Virus record (IMG/VR): IMGVR_UViG_2690315917_000002
Coordinates: 11,819 to 75,818 of that record
Source of the DNA: a virus
Lineage: Duplodnaviria > Caudoviricetes
Length of the DNA: 64,000 nt
Direction: 5' to 3' (one strand)
Position 1 is the stretch's first letter. Each line of letters begins with the position of its first letter. The notes beneath the pieces are model-generated. The model saw nothing but the letters and a program-made list of their open reading frames with translations, made no database searches and was not told the DNA's origin. Positions 26,455 through 37,356 of this stretch are shown piece after piece. A program made the translations under genes and the position numbers.

Positions 26455-29400
26455 TCAGTTCTCGACCGAGATGATCGACAGGCTCTGCGTGATGGACTGC
26501 TGCTGGAAGGAGCCGGAGGTGTGCGTTACGGTCTGCTCGGTGAAGCTGGTGATCACCGCGCGGTAGGTCATCGTCTGCGCACTGGTGCTGGTGTCGTTCA
26601 CGGTGAATGACCCACCCCAGGTGGACGTGGCGTTGTCCGGGCCGTCCTGCTCGTTGAGGATCATCACCGAACCGCTGACGTTCAGTACCTGCCAAAGCGA
26701 TTCAGCCCCCTCCCCCACCCGCCGATAGATCTCAACGCGTGCCGTGTTCTGGCCCGCGCCCGCGACAAAGCCGTCGCTGCCGTAGGTGGTCTTGGTCCGG
26801 ATATGCCGGCGGGAGAAGCTGACGGTGACGCTCCGCACGCGGCCATTGGTGGCGAACGGGCCGTTGACCAGCTCCACGCCGACGGTCTGCGTGGTCGTCG
26901 TCTGGACCGCGTTACGCAGGATGCCCGCCGACAGCTGGCCACCGAAGTAGGCACTGCCGTTGGCGTCCATCCACATGACCGCGTTGGACTTCGCTGCGGC
27001 CCCGGCGCCGACGTTCGGCCCGAAGTAGTCAACCAGGTTGTCGCCGGCAGCGCCGAAGTTGGTACCGATGATGCGTTGGGCGGCGCCCTTCCAGACGCGC
27101 AGGAAGCCGTCGCGCCACTCCATGCCCTCGCTGGCCCCGGGCGAGATGACCTCGAACGTGTTGCTGGCGAAACGGGTGTTGATGACCTGGCCGTTGTTGT
27201 CGATGACCATGCCGCCGATCAGCGGTCCGGCGCCGCTGTTGGCGATGACGTTCAGGAACGCCCGCGCCAACACCTGGGTCAGCCCGTTCTCGTTCTGCAC
27301 GACGCGGGCCTCCATGCCCTGGACCACTTCGGCGCTGGCCTTGCCGGACACCTCCGCCTTCACCGACGCAAGCTGGCCCGTGACGGCCTCGATGCCGTTC
27401 TCGGTGATAGCCACGCGGGCGTCAATGCGCTCCACGTAGTCGGATGATGCCTTGCCCTCCAGCTCTGCGCCCACGTGCTCGATCTGTTCGGCTTGGCTGG
27501 CCTGCTCGGTAGCGATCAGCTCGATGGACTTCGTGGCACTGGCCTTGAAGTCGCCGAGCTCGACGTTGAGCGAATCGACGGTCTTGGCCACCGCCCGATC
27601 ACCCTGGACCATGACCGACTGCCAGGTGCGCACGCCGGCGTAGACGTTCCGGTCACCCGCGTTCCAATCGCGGTCGCCGGCGTGCTTGTACGTCATCTGC
27701 GCTTCCAGCGACGACGTGCGGTCTCCGACCGCGCGCAGGCCCTCTTCCGTTTCCTCCACGCGGCCGCTGACCGCGTCGACCGCCTCAACCGACGCCACCT
27801 TGCCATCACCTGCTGGCATGCGCGCGACAATGGCGTTGATCCGACCAGCCTCGGCCGCCAGGTCTGAAGCGTTCTGGTAGGCCATGTCGATCGACGCAGC
27901 CAACGCCTCGCCCACGCCAGAGAAGTTGCCCACCAGCTGCCAATCAGCCGGGGAGGCGCCAGGCTCGGCGTCGGTGTTCTCGCGCAGCGCCCGGTACAGC
28001 TTCCCGTCGTGCCGGGTGAAGTCGCCCACCGGGTAGGTCTTCCCAGCCTCCCATTCGTCGGCCTCGGTCAGATCCGCGACGATCGCTCCGATGGCATCGG
28101 CGTGCGCAATGGCCGCCGCCATCGCGTCGTTGGCCTTCTTTGTTGCGTCGGCCGCGGCTTCACTCGCGACACGGGCATCCTCGTTGAACCGCTCGATCTT
28201 CTCCTGGTCGATGCGCTGCTGCGCGTCGATGAGCTCCTGAATGGTCTTGTCGATCACCTGGCCGAGGTTGGCGCCGAGCTTCTTGGTGATGACACGGGCC
28301 TCGGTGGACAGCTCCCCCGACGTGTTCACACTCCGGCAGGCGAAAGTCCAGTCGCCCGACTCCGGCACAACGGCTTCGAATGGCACTGCGTGGTAGCCGC
28401 TGCCCCCGATCGGGATCATCTGCTCCCATTCCGGTCGCAGCACCGCACCCTGCATGTACCGGATCTCGACGCCGGCAAAGTCTGGCGACTGGATGCTGTT
28501 GGCCAGGAAGCCCCAGGTGTACATGCGCACGCCGCCGGACAGCTCGTCCACGTCGAAGAAGTCCACCAGGCGCGGCGGGACATCCGCACCGGCCGTGATG
28601 TAGGTCACCGACGCTGCGACGCCGGCCCGGCCGTCGGGGCTGAACGGTCGGACCACCACGGTGTACTGGTCCGCATGGCTGATGCGCCAGGTGGCCGTAC
28701 GGGTGGTGGTCTGGGCCACCTCGGAGAGCACACCGTCGCTGCCGGCGGCCAGCACCACGATGTTGCCGACCGGGCCGCTGATCTCGAAGGTGACGGTCAG
28801 CTCGGTGAACACCGTATCGCCCTGCACCACCTGCTGCTCAGTGATGGCCAGGCCGCTGGCAATCGGGCGGCTGGTGATCGGATTGGTATTGACCGGCGGG
28901 ACGTATTCGCCGGTGAGCACGTAGTTCCAGAACTCCGGCGGTTCGGGCACCACGGACACCTTGGCGCCTTTCAGGTCGCTCTCGGGCTCGATGCCGACCA
29001 CGCGGACCCGGTACCCCGGCGTCTGCTTGAAGTCGTAGATCCAGATGGTGTCGTGAGCCGGGTTATCCGGTGTGTCGCCAGGCAGCGGCGCATCGCCTGG
29101 CCAGGAACCGGTCAGGCGGATGGTGTCGCTGGTGCCGGTGAACGGCTGCACGCCGAACACGCGGTACACCCGTTCGCCGGGGATGCGCAGGCCGATCCAG
29201 GCGTTGCCGTTGGTCGGTGCCTGGACCGGCTCGTCCAGCCGCAGCGTGACAACGCCGTTGGCCGCGGTGGCCGAAACGATTCGACCGCCGGCGCCCCACT
29301 GCGTCAGGTCGTGCTGCAGGGCCAGCAGGGACAGGCGACGATAGCTCAGGTGCTCGATGTCCGTGCTGTAGGTGATGTCCTTGTACTGGTAGAGGGACTG

Positions 29401-31173
29401 CGCCAGGTGGTAGCGCGCCATCCGCGCGGCGTGCGCCTCGTTGGTGATGCCCTCGCCCTCCACAGTGGCCGGGTTGAGCATGGTGGTTACGCCGGGCGCG
29501 GCCACGCGCAGGGTCTTGGTCGTCCAGTCGGTGGCGTCGTAGTAGCTGTACTCGATCCCGTCGGCGGCGTTGGCCAGGGTGTAGTCAACCTGGAATTGCC
29601 CCTTCTTGATGGTCGCCATGTTGACCACGCCGGACAGCGGCTGCTCCGACCCGGCCCACACCACCGACAGACGGCCGCCGGCCCAGGTGATCTGGCCGAA
29701 CCCGGCCAGCGCGACGGCATTGAGCACGTCGTCGTGATTGCGGACGTCCTTGATGTAGTTCGAGTAGCCGTAGCCATTGGCCTGGCAGAACAGCATGAAG
29801 GCCTTCAGCGCCTCGATATCGATCTGGACATCGTCCAGGCCGATGCCGGCGATCAGCTTGCCGTGCTCGTCCCTGAAGCCGCGGGCATAGGCCAGGATCA
29901 GTGCGCCCGGGTTGTTGGTCTCCTTCGTCGCCCACCCCGCCTCCGTCCAGACCGGTGCCGGCTCGGCGTAGGCGACGCAGCGGATCTCATCCGGTTGGCC
30001 GTTGAGCTGCCCGGTTGCCTTGATCCGGATGCCGATTCGGGCCAGACCGGCGTAGTCGGCGGTGTCCTTCTGGATGCTGGTCAGGGTGGACCAGGTGAAG
30101 TCGCTGGTGGCGCCGCTGCCGTCGGTGTTGTGGCCGGCAATGCGGACCCGCACTTCGTACTGCCCCTCCGGCACATCCCGGGAGTAGCTGCGGCGCTGCT
30201 GCTTCTGCGATCGGCTGACGATCGAATAGGACCCGAAGAAGCTCCAGTTGGCGATGCCGACGGCGCGGTACTGGATCTCAATCGTCTCCCGGTTGTCCTT
30301 CGGCTTGCCCTTGCTGGTCGTGTCGAACAGCATGAAGTCCACGTCCACCTTCAGGCGGATCGTGTTCGGGCTGCTGGTGCGCTGCACCCACGGGCTGGCC
30401 TGGCCCTTCTCCGCTTCCAGCGCGCCGCCGTTGATCGTGTCGGCATTGCTGTACAGCGGGATGGCCTCGCTGGGCATCTCGGAAAAGCCGTTGTGCCACA
30501 CCGTGACGCCCTCGAAGGACGACAACAGCGCATCGCCGTTGTACAGGGCCTCCACGCGCCCCACGTTGATGCCCGCCGTCAGGGTCATGGCGAGGTACTG
30601 GTCGTCGGCCTCGTACCAGGTATAGGGGTTGCTGGCCACGTCCGGCGCGATGCGCAATGGCCCGCCCAGCAGCAGCGGCAGGGGCTGGTACGGGCGCGGC
30701 TGATTCCTGGCCGCGCCGATGGTGTACACCGGGCTGGCATCGCTGGCGCTGGGCTTGGGCCGCTTGGGCCCCAGCACTTTCTGGATCAGCAGCGCCCCTG
30801 CGGCGTAGATCGCGCCCTGCGCCAGGCCGGCGACGGCTGCGCTGTAGCCGGCGGCCACGATGGCCGTACCGACACCCATGGTGAAGACGGTCAGGGCGAT
30901 CAGCGCAACGATCATCAGCGCGGTCTTCTTGACCACGCCTCGAACCTCGATCACCGTTCCGTCCTTCGGGCGCACGCGGTCCATGACCTCATGCGGCACG
31001 ACCACCCCATTGATGCGCACCTCCCACAGGTCGCTGGAGTAGTCAGGCACCACGCGTGCCAGGAAGCCGCCCAGCCGCTCACCCTCCTGTAACTGCGCCG
31101 CCAGGGTACGCTGGCCCTCCAGCGTCACCGGGTGCGGTGTGATGATCAGCGGCGCGTCCTTAATCAGGCCCAT
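26455..31173 (-). CDS. Tail tip/host specificity protein (gpJ-like)
   Basis: 1572 aa, FN3-like and coiled-coil regions, lambdoid position. Confidence 0.9.
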   Translation of the reverse strand: MGLIKDAPLIITPHPVTLEGQRTLAAQLQEGERLGGFLARVVPDYSSDLWEVRINGVVVPHEVMDRVRPKDGTVIEVRGVVKKTALMIVALIALTVFTMGVGTAIVAAGYSAAVAGLAQGAIYAAGALLIQKVLGPKRPKPSASDASPVYTIGAARNQPRPYQPLPLLLGGPLRIAPDVASNPYTWYEADDQYLAMTLTAGINVGRVEALYNGDALLSSFEGVTVWHNGFSEMPSEAIPLYSNADTINGGALEAEKGQASPWVQRTSSPNTIRLKVDVDFMLFDTTSKGKPKDNRETIEIQYRAVGIANWSFFGSYSIVSRSQKQQRRSYSRDVPEGQYEVRVRIAGHNTDGSGATSDFTWSTLTSIQKDTADYAGLARIGIRIKATGQLNGQPDEIRCVAYAEPAPVWTEAGWATKETNNPGALILAYARGFRDEHGKLIAGIGLDDVQIDIEALKAFMLFCQANGYGYSNYIKDVRNHDDVLNAVALAGFGQITWAGGRLSVVWAGSEQPLSGVVNMATIKKGQFQVDYTLANAADGIEYSYYDATDWTTKTLRVAAPGVTTMLNPATVEGEGITNEAHAARMARYHLAQSLYQYKDITYSTDIEHLSYRRLSLLALQHDLTQWGAGGRIVSATAANGVVTLRLDEPVQAPTNGNAWIGLRIPGERVYRVFGVQPFTGTSDTIRLTGSWPGDAPLPGDTPDNPAHDTIWIYDFKQTPGYRVRVVGIEPESDLKGAKVSVVPEPPEFWNYVLTGEYVPPVNTNPITSRPIASGLAITEQQVVQGDTVFTELTVTFEISGPVGNIVVLAAGSDGVLSEVAQTTTRTATWRISHADQYTVVVRPFSPDGRAGVAASVTYITAGADVPPRLVDFFDVDELSGGVRMYTWGFLANSIQSPDFAGVEIRYMQGAVLRPEWEQMIPIGGSGYHAVPFEAVVPESGDWTFACRSVNTSGELSTEARVITKKLGANLGQVIDKTIQELIDAQQRIDQEKIERFNEDARVASEAAADATKKANDAMAAAIAHADAIGAIVADLTEADEWEAGKTYPVGDFTRHDGKLYRALRENTDAEPGASPADWQLVGNFSGVGEALAASIDMAYQNASDLAAEAGRINAIVARMPAGDGKVASVEAVDAVSGRVEETEEGLRAVGDRTSSLEAQMTYKHAGDRDWNAGDRNVYAGVRTWQSVMVQGDRAVAKTVDSLNVELGDFKASATKSIELIATEQASQAEQIEHVGAELEGKASSDYVERIDARVAITENGIEAVTGQLASVKAEVSGKASAEVVQGMEARVVQNENGLTQVLARAFLNVIANSGAGPLIGGMVIDNNGQVINTRFASNTFEVISPGASEGMEWRDGFLRVWKGAAQRIIGTNFGAAGDNLVDYFGPNVGAGAAAKSNAVMWMDANGSAYFGGQLSAGILRNAVQTTTTQTVGVELVNGPFATNGRVRSVTVSFSRRHIRTKTTYGSDGFVAGAGQNTARVEIYRRVGEGAESLWQVLNVSGSVMILNEQDGPDNATSTWGGSFTVNDTSTSAQTMTYRAVITSFTEQTVTHTSGSFQQQSITQSLSIISVEN

Positions 31174-31556
31174 CTGTAGTAACCCTCAATCCTCAAGCCG
31201 AACTCCGGCAGGTCACGAACGCGGTGCAGTACGCTGCAGCCGTTCTTTTCGTTGGAATGCAGCACCCACCCCTCATGGGCCAGGTGGAAGTAGACGCCGG
31301 CGTGGCCGGCGCGCTTCTGCCCGTGCTCGACCATCAGCACCAGGTCACCGTCCGTTGGCACGGCCACCGCGGTCCCATACGGCCTCGACAGCTCGCCAAT
31401 GGCGGCCTGGCCCACCACGCCTCTCGGGCGACCGTTGGGGAGCTGAACGGCGCGCCCGAACAGCTGCCGTTGGACCAGCACCACGAAATCGGCGCAATCG
31501 CACGTGTGCTCGCAGTACGGCACGCCCACCAAGGCTTCTACATCTGCCAGCCGCAT
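31164..31556 (-). CDS. NlpC/P60 tail assembly protein
   Basis: GVPY...DC...GDLV...HAGVY...LH. Confidence 0.85.
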   Translation of the reverse strand: MRLADVEALVGVPYCEHTCDCADFVVLVQRQLFGRAVQLPNGRPRGVVGQAAIGELSRPYGTAVAVPTDGDLVLMVEHGQKRAGHAGVYFHLAHEGWVLHSNEKNGCSVLHRVRDLPEFGLRIEGYYRWA

Positions 31557-32017
31557 CAGAAGATCCCCGGTAGCGTGAACGGGTTGGCGCGCAGGCGCAC
31601 GGCCTGCTGCCGCATCAGGTAGTCGACACCGCACTGAGCGGTGGCGGTGGCGCCGGCCACCGACACGCTGGTGATCGGCAGGTAGTAATCCCGCTCGTAC
31701 AGGTTGGGGTCTGCACGGTCCGACACCATCAGCCGCGCCATCATCAGCTCGTTCGGCCCCAGCGCCTCCAGGTCCTCGGAGATGCCGCGCCCGACGTTGT
31801 CCAGCACCAACTGGGCACGCGGGGACTGACCGCGGGTGTCATCGGGCAATTTGAAGCCAAAGGGCACGCCCATGTAGGGAATGCCCTGGCTTACCCAGTC
31901 CTGGGTGTCGTTGACGATGCGCAGCGGACCCGGAAGCGACGGCGAGGTGATGGACAGGAACAGCAGCGTCCCACTGGTGTCGGTCATGCGCTGCTTGCGC
32001 TCGGTGAAACTGCTCAT
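31556..32017 (-). CDS. Minor tail protein (DUF1833/gpL-like)
   Basis: Position; PF.F.LP..., L.LDNV motif. Confidence 0.75.
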   Translation of the reverse strand: MSSFTERKQRMTDTSGTLLFLSITSPSLPGPLRIVNDTQDWVSQGIPYMGVPFGFKLPDDTRGQSPRAQLVLDNVGRGISEDLEALGPNELMMARLMVSDRADPNLYERDYYLPITSVSVAGATATAQCGVDYLMRQQAVRLRANPFTLPGIF

Positions 32018-32373
32018 CTCATGTACTCCACGACCACATCCATCCTGTAGTCCTCGGGCAGCTTCTCTTCGGGCACCAGATCGCCGAGGGCGCCATTCTC
32101 GAAGCGCGCGGTGATCACCTCCCCCGTGTAAGGGTGCACAAGGGTGAACCACCCAATGCGCTTGATCTCGCCGAAGTACCAGGCATCGAAGGTGTTCACG
32201 TCCGCGATGCTGGCGAAGTAGAGCGTCATGGCCTGCTTGATCAGCACCTGGCTGTTCTCCAAGCGCTGCTTGGGCGCGCCGCGCTCCATTTCGGTCCTCA
32301 GAACTGAGGGGTCGAAGGTTCGTTTTTGCCCTTCGAACATGACACGTGCCACTGAAGGTAGTGCTGTCATCAC
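32014..32373 (-). CDS. Distal tail protein (gpM-like)
   Basis: Follows tape measure; LRTEME.G.PKQR. Confidence 0.75.
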   Translation of the reverse strand: MMTALPSVARVMFEGQKRTFDPSVLRTEMERGAPKQRLENSQVLIKQAMTLYFASIADVNTFDAWYFGEIKRIGWFTLVHPYTGEVITARFENGALGDLVPEEKLPEDYRMDVVVEYMR

Positions 32374-35141
32374 ACCGAGTCCTTTAAGCCGAATCGGCTC
32401 CCCATTGCTGCATACGTTGATCCCTGACCACTGGCGACCTGGCCACCGATGTAGCTGTCGACCTGGCCCAGCAGAACCTCAATGTCGAAGCCGCCCTGAC
32501 TGTTGCGAGACGCGCTGGCGGTGGTGCCCGCTGGCGCGTTCATCACGCGAACATTGATCGCGCCGGCGGCCATTCCGGAACCGACCGGAGTAGCCACAGC
32601 TCCGCCCGAGTCATAGCCCTTCAGCCCTTTGCGCATCGCCTCGACCACCTCGACACCGCCCGCGCGCGCCACATCCCTCTGCGACCAGACCACCTCGCCC
32701 TTATGGACTACCCCGGCCGGCTGAAGAACACCACCGTCACCCGTGTACCCGCCGGTGGAGTAGCCGCCCCTCATGTTCTGGAACAGCTGGTTATTGATGC
32801 TGCTGGTGCCGGAGGTGACCGCCTGGTTACCCGCAGCGGTGACACCGCCACCCCAGGCACTGGCGAACATGTTCACTATTCCCATTGCCGCCTGCCGCGC
32901 GCCGATGCGCGCCAGATCGGCCAGGACCGACTTGGTGAGGTCGGAGAAGCTCAGCTTCCCGGTCGTGGTGAACTTGACCCACGCGTCTTCGAAGCCACCG
33001 ATGGCGCTTCCGACCACGTCGCCCATCTGCCGAGCGGCATTGCCGGCCTCCTGCTGGTAGTTCGCCCAGGCAGCGGTGGCGCCTGCCAGCCAGCTTCCCT
33101 CGGCCTGCTGCAGCTCGTCGTAGCCGCTCTTGATGATCTGAAGACGGTCTAGCGTCTTGGCATGCAGCAGCGCCCTTTCTTCTTCGAAGGTGATCTGATC
33201 GATCTGATCCGCGTTCCGCTGCAGGCTCAGTTCTCGGAGCTTCTCCGCCTCGTCCGCGATGGCTTCGTTGATCCGCTGCTGTATTTCATACTCGCGATCG
33301 CCCATGCCAACACGCTGCGCCTGGGTCGTGAGCTGGCGCCGTAGCGCCTCATTACTGGCATCCAGTGCACTGGCGTAGGCTTTGACTGCGTTCTCCCGCG
33401 CCTTGGCAGCCGACTGTTCCTCTTTCGCAAGCACCTCCACTGCAGCGGCGCCTTCGATACGCAACTTGGCCAGTCGTGCTTCCAGCTCGCCGATCTGTCG
33501 GTTGACGTTGATTGCATCTTTGCCGCTAACGCCCTGCTTCTGCAGGAATTCAATCTGGCGCTGAAGCGAGCGAGATTGCGCGTCATTTCCCTGCTGCAGC
33601 AGCTCCCTCATACGGCTGTAGTACTCGGACGCCGTAATCTCGCGTGCTGAGTACTGTGCACGTAGCATCTGCGTGCTCGCCGTGATCTGCGCCTGTTCCT
33701 CTACCAGATCATCCTTGAAACCGCGTAGGCCGGCGGACCGTGATGCTGCGCCGGTGCCGGTCGCTGCCTTTTCCCGGTACTTCTTCTCAATGGCCGCGAC
33801 TGCGGCGGCGCGCCGCCTCTCGATGGCCTCCGCCTCTGCAATGAGGCCTGACGCCTGGGCCTTGCGCCGGGCCGCTGCGGCTTCACCATTGACACGCTCT
33901 ACCTCTTGCCGCTTCTTCTCTTCCTTGCTGGCCTGGGACTCGATGATGGAATCCATCTCCGAAATGAAATCGGTCGATGCAGCCTGAGCAGCTTTTACCT
34001 CCGCATCCTTGCGCTCTTTGATCAGATCAGCGGCCAATGCCTTGATCTTCTCCGACCGGTCTTTGATGGACTTCTCCATCGCCGCCAGGGCAATAGGATT
34101 ACGGGCCAGCGGTAGGCCGCGCTGGGTACCGTTGGCCAGATTGTTCAGCTTCTCGAGTTCCCGCTGGTTTTCTGCCACCAGCTGCTGCATCTGTGCGGCA
34201 GCAGGCCCGAGGCCGACGTTCACCTGCATCGCCGACCACGCCTTCGTGGCCTCGACCCACAGGTCCTTGAATCCCCGGATCACCGGGTTCTGGCTGGCGC
34301 GGACCCGAGCGAGCGCCATGACGGTTTCATCCGCTGCTGCACGGGTGATCACAGTCACGGCGTCCTGATTCCGGCCCTGCTCCTGCAACGCCTTCACCTG
34401 CTCGTAGAGCGCCAGGGTCATGAAGTTGACCTGCTCGTTGAGCTTCTGCATTCCTTTGACCGGGTCTTCCGCCAGCTTTGCGTACATGGCGATGGTTTCA
34501 TCGAGCGCCTGCCCGCTGATTTCCTTCATCGCCACGGCTGCATTGGCCACGTCCTGAAGATTCTGCCCGGCAATCTTCCCGTTCGAGCCGACGGCCTGAG
34601 CCGCCTCGGCACCAACGCCGGCGGCAACCTGCAGCGCGTCGCTGGTCTTCTGAGCCATGGTGACGAGCGTCAGGGTCGTCGCGGCCGCCTCATTGCGCGA
34701 CAGGACAAGTGCCTTCGTGTAGGCCTGGGCCTGCTGCTCGGCGTCATACCAGGCGTAGACCACCAATCCGACAGCCGCCGCGGCCACGGTATACGGATTC
34801 ACCATCCCCAGCAGCGCCGACGAGACCCCCTTCAATGCCGGCTCAACACCCCCGAAACTGTCCTTGATCTGGCCACCCTGCTGCACCAGCACTGTGAAGA
34901 AGGGCATGCCGCCCTGCAGGCTGGTGAAGATGTCGGTGAACTGCGCCGGTAGCTGGCGCATCGCCTGCGCCGTCTGCCCTGCAGAGACCCCCAGCTCCGT
35001 GATGTTGTTCTTCGTCGGCAGCGGCCTGGCCGCCTCGGTGCGCACCTCGCGCAGCTGGCGAGTGAGCACGCCCAAGCCCTGCCGAATGTCGGCCAGGTCC
35101 GCGCTGATGCGGACGCGCAGATTTGCTGAAGGATCAGCCAT
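32370..35141 (-). CDS. Tail tape measure protein
   Basis: QLPAQFTDI.TSLQGG...QQGGQIKD; GGYTG.GG...PAGVVHKGE. Confidence 0.95.
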   Translation of the reverse strand: MADPSANLRVRISADLADIRQGLGVLTRQLREVRTEAARPLPTKNNITELGVSAGQTAQAMRQLPAQFTDIFTSLQGGMPFFTVLVQQGGQIKDSFGGVEPALKGVSSALLGMVNPYTVAAAAVGLVVYAWYDAEQQAQAYTKALVLSRNEAAATTLTLVTMAQKTSDALQVAAGVGAEAAQAVGSNGKIAGQNLQDVANAAVAMKEISGQALDETIAMYAKLAEDPVKGMQKLNEQVNFMTLALYEQVKALQEQGRNQDAVTVITRAAADETVMALARVRASQNPVIRGFKDLWVEATKAWSAMQVNVGLGPAAAQMQQLVAENQRELEKLNNLANGTQRGLPLARNPIALAAMEKSIKDRSEKIKALAADLIKERKDAEVKAAQAASTDFISEMDSIIESQASKEEKKRQEVERVNGEAAAARRKAQASGLIAEAEAIERRRAAAVAAIEKKYREKAATGTGAASRSAGLRGFKDDLVEEQAQITASTQMLRAQYSAREITASEYYSRMRELLQQGNDAQSRSLQRQIEFLQKQGVSGKDAINVNRQIGELEARLAKLRIEGAAAVEVLAKEEQSAAKARENAVKAYASALDASNEALRRQLTTQAQRVGMGDREYEIQQRINEAIADEAEKLRELSLQRNADQIDQITFEEERALLHAKTLDRLQIIKSGYDELQQAEGSWLAGATAAWANYQQEAGNAARQMGDVVGSAIGGFEDAWVKFTTTGKLSFSDLTKSVLADLARIGARQAAMGIVNMFASAWGGGVTAAGNQAVTSGTSSINNQLFQNMRGGYSTGGYTGDGGVLQPAGVVHKGEVVWSQRDVARAGGVEVVEAMRKGLKGYDSGGAVATPVGSGMAAGAINVRVMNAPAGTTASASRNSQGGFDIEVLLGQVDSYIGGQVASGQGSTYAAMGSRFGLKDSV

Positions 35142-35780
35142 CGTTCGATATTCCTTGTCGCTGCTGTGCCGGGGCCTGGCCGCGCAGAGCAGCCAGGTAC
35201 ATCTGCCAGTCGGCAGCCGGGGCGGCCATAGCCATGCGCGTGGCCACGGCGAATTCCGCGATGCGGTCCCGCTCAACCTGCGCAGCTGCGGCGGTGAAGG
35301 CTCGCAGCTGTGCCAGGGTGTAGGTCATCACCTCCGCGCGGGAGTGTCCGTGGGCGATGAGGTACTGGATCAGGTCGGCGAGGCCGTACTCTCTTCCGCC
35401 GGAAGCTTCGCCTGCAGCAGAAGCCGCCGCAGGCGGAGGGCGAAAAAATCCCTGTTGAGCCCGACAACCGCCTCCAGCAAGTCAGCGATCTCGTCCAGCG
35501 TTGCCCCCGCAACCCATTCCGCCTCGCGTCCGATTGCCACCCCCAAAGCCGCGGCGATCTCGTTGCTGTCCTGCTCGAGCAGGTCGAGCAGGATGGCACC
35601 GACGCCAGCACGATCGGCGCCCTCGACCACACCGGCCATCATCGCCACTCGGGCGATGATGGTGCGGCTGGCCGTGATGAACGGACCGATCTGTTCCAGG
35701 CGCAGGGGACCCACAACCACCTTCTCGCCACGTACAAGAACCGTGCGCGTCGGCGGGGCGATCACGTCATCATCGGCCAC
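35134..35780 (-). CDS. Tail assembly chaperones G (35370-35780) and GT via -1 frameshift
   Basis: Slippery T-TTT-TTC at 35442-35448; the -1 frame is open into the 35134-35331 ORF. Confidence 0.85.
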
Positions 35781-35783
35781 GGC

Positions 35784-36539
35784 TTACTTCTCCTGCTGCC
35801 AGTAGAAGTAGGCCGACTTGTCGTTGCCCGTGGCCTTCGACGAGTCCTTGAGCAGCGCGCCGGGCACGCTTCCCGCGCCGAACTCATTGCCGATCAGGCC
35901 CATGCTCTCGATGACGCCGCCGGCCACCTTGTGCGCTACCAGGCGGACCAACTTGCCGCCGCGTGCCTCGTTGGCACCGTAGAACTGCATCTCGTAGAAC
36001 TTCTGCGAGGTGACCGCAGCTTCAACGTGGCCCAGGTCCGCGTTCTTGTAGGTGACCTTGATGTTCGGGGTGCCGGCCGCGGACGGTGCTGCAATCGCAG
36101 ATCCTACCGGGATGAACAGCATGCCGCGCTCGAAACGATAGTCCTTCCCGGCCTCATAGGCGGTGGTTCCGGTTGCTGGCTTCACGGTGGTCACCTCCGT
36201 GGCCAGGCGCGACAGTGGCGCGAAGCTGCCCGGCACGGCCAGCACCGGCTCATCGGTGACGGTACCCGCGGCGATGCTGCTGGCCTTGCCGCGAGTTGCC
36301 CGGGCGAAGTTCTCCGGGTTGAAGTCGTGGAACGTGTAGTTGAGGTTGTAGCCGGTCACGCGATCGACACGGTTGGCCGTGCCGCCGCCGGGGTTCTGGT
36401 AGTCGGCCAGCTCGATGGTATTGGTCTGCGGCGCCACGGTATAGGCTGAGATATTGCCGATCTCCAAGAACGGATCAGCGGTGTTCCACTCACGGATCAG
36501 GACGATTCCTGCGCCCAGGTAGCTGTAGTCTTCGGCCAT
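35784..36539 (-). CDS. Major tail tube protein
   Basis: Size and position before chaperones. Confidence 0.8.
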   Translation of the reverse strand: MAEDYSYLGAGIVLIREWNTADPFLEIGNISAYTVAPQTNTIELADYQNPGGGTANRVDRVTGYNLNYTFHDFNPENFARATRGKASSIAAGTVTDEPVLAVPGSFAPLSRLATEVTTVKPATGTTAYEAGKDYRFERGMLFIPVGSAIAAPSAAGTPNIKVTYKNADLGHVEAAVTSQKFYEMQFYGANEARGGKLVRLVAHKVAGGVIESMGLIGNEFGAGSVPGALLKDSSKATGNDKSAYFYWQQEK

Positions 36540-36575
36540 GATGGCTCTCCAGTTGGGTTGCCGCTGTGCGGCGGG

Positions 36576-37031
36576 TTATTTCTTGGGGATGTGGGTCTGG
36601 TAGGTGATCAGCACGCCGACCCAGCCGGCGCTGGCCTTCTCCGGCATCAGCGGTTCCATTCCGACGTACACCGGCACCTGGATGCCGTCGGGGAAGTTGC
36701 GAGCTACGCACCGGCTATCCATGGCCGCCTCGATATCGGTCACCAGGTCGTCCAGCGCCTGCTGGTATCCCTCGGTGTCTGTGGGAACCTTGGCGATGAC
36801 GCTGACGGTGGTAAGCCGGTGCGTGTTGACTTTCGAGGGGCTCTCCGCCCGCTGCTGCTTCTCGATCACGGCCGTCAGCACAGTCTGCGTGTCCTGATCA
36901 CCGGGCTTCGGCTCCAGTGTCCAACCGGCACCGGCATCGGTCAGGTAGCCGTTGTCGGTGCTGATCAGCTGCAGCGTCTTGCCCATCGCCTGCAGCAGCT
37001 GCTTCCGCGGGCTGGGGGTGCGATCAGACAT
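36576..37031 (-). CDS. Tail terminator protein
   Basis: L..I...NGY.TDAG motif; position. Confidence 0.7.
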   Translation of the reverse strand: MSDRTPSPRKQLLQAMGKTLQLISTDNGYLTDAGAGWTLEPKPGDQDTQTVLTAVIEKQQRAESPSKVNTHRLTTVSVIAKVPTDTEGYQQALDDLVTDIEAAMDSRCVARNFPDGIQVPVYVGMEPLMPEKASAGWVGVLITYQTHIPKK

Positions 37032-37356
37032 TGGCCACCTCCCACACCGCCGTCGATTCGTCGGCGTGGATCTTCTGGACCAGTTTGAGCCGGCGGCCGG
37101 TGCCCTCAATCCGCACCACACCGCCCGCGCGAGGGTTGATTTCGGCCAACTGGAGCGTCACCCGATCAACGGTGGTCGCGATGGGCGCCACATCGTCGGG
37201 CGTGAACTGCTCCACGGCTTCGTCCAGCAGCACTGTGCACGGCACCTCAACCGTGCCGCCCGGTTCTTTGTACTGGGCAGCATCGGCGACGCCGGCTGCG
37301 CGGAAGGCATCGAACGCGACTGCGTCGAAGGCCTGCATGAAGGCTTTCTGGTTCAA
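37024..37356 (-). CDS. Head-tail joining protein
   Basis: Position and size. Confidence 0.65.
   Translation of the reverse strand: MNQKAFMQAFDAVAFDAFRAAGVADAAQYKEPGGTVEVPCTVLLDEAVEQFTPDDVAPIATTVDRVTLQLAEINPRAGGVVRIEGTGRRLKLVQKIHADESTAVWEVANV

Noticed and set aside
28009-31092. 1027-aa plus-strand ORF (also 38061-39959, 40001-41497, 43472-45073, 50426-51865)
   Set aside because: Antisense shadows of clear phage genes in high-GC DNA
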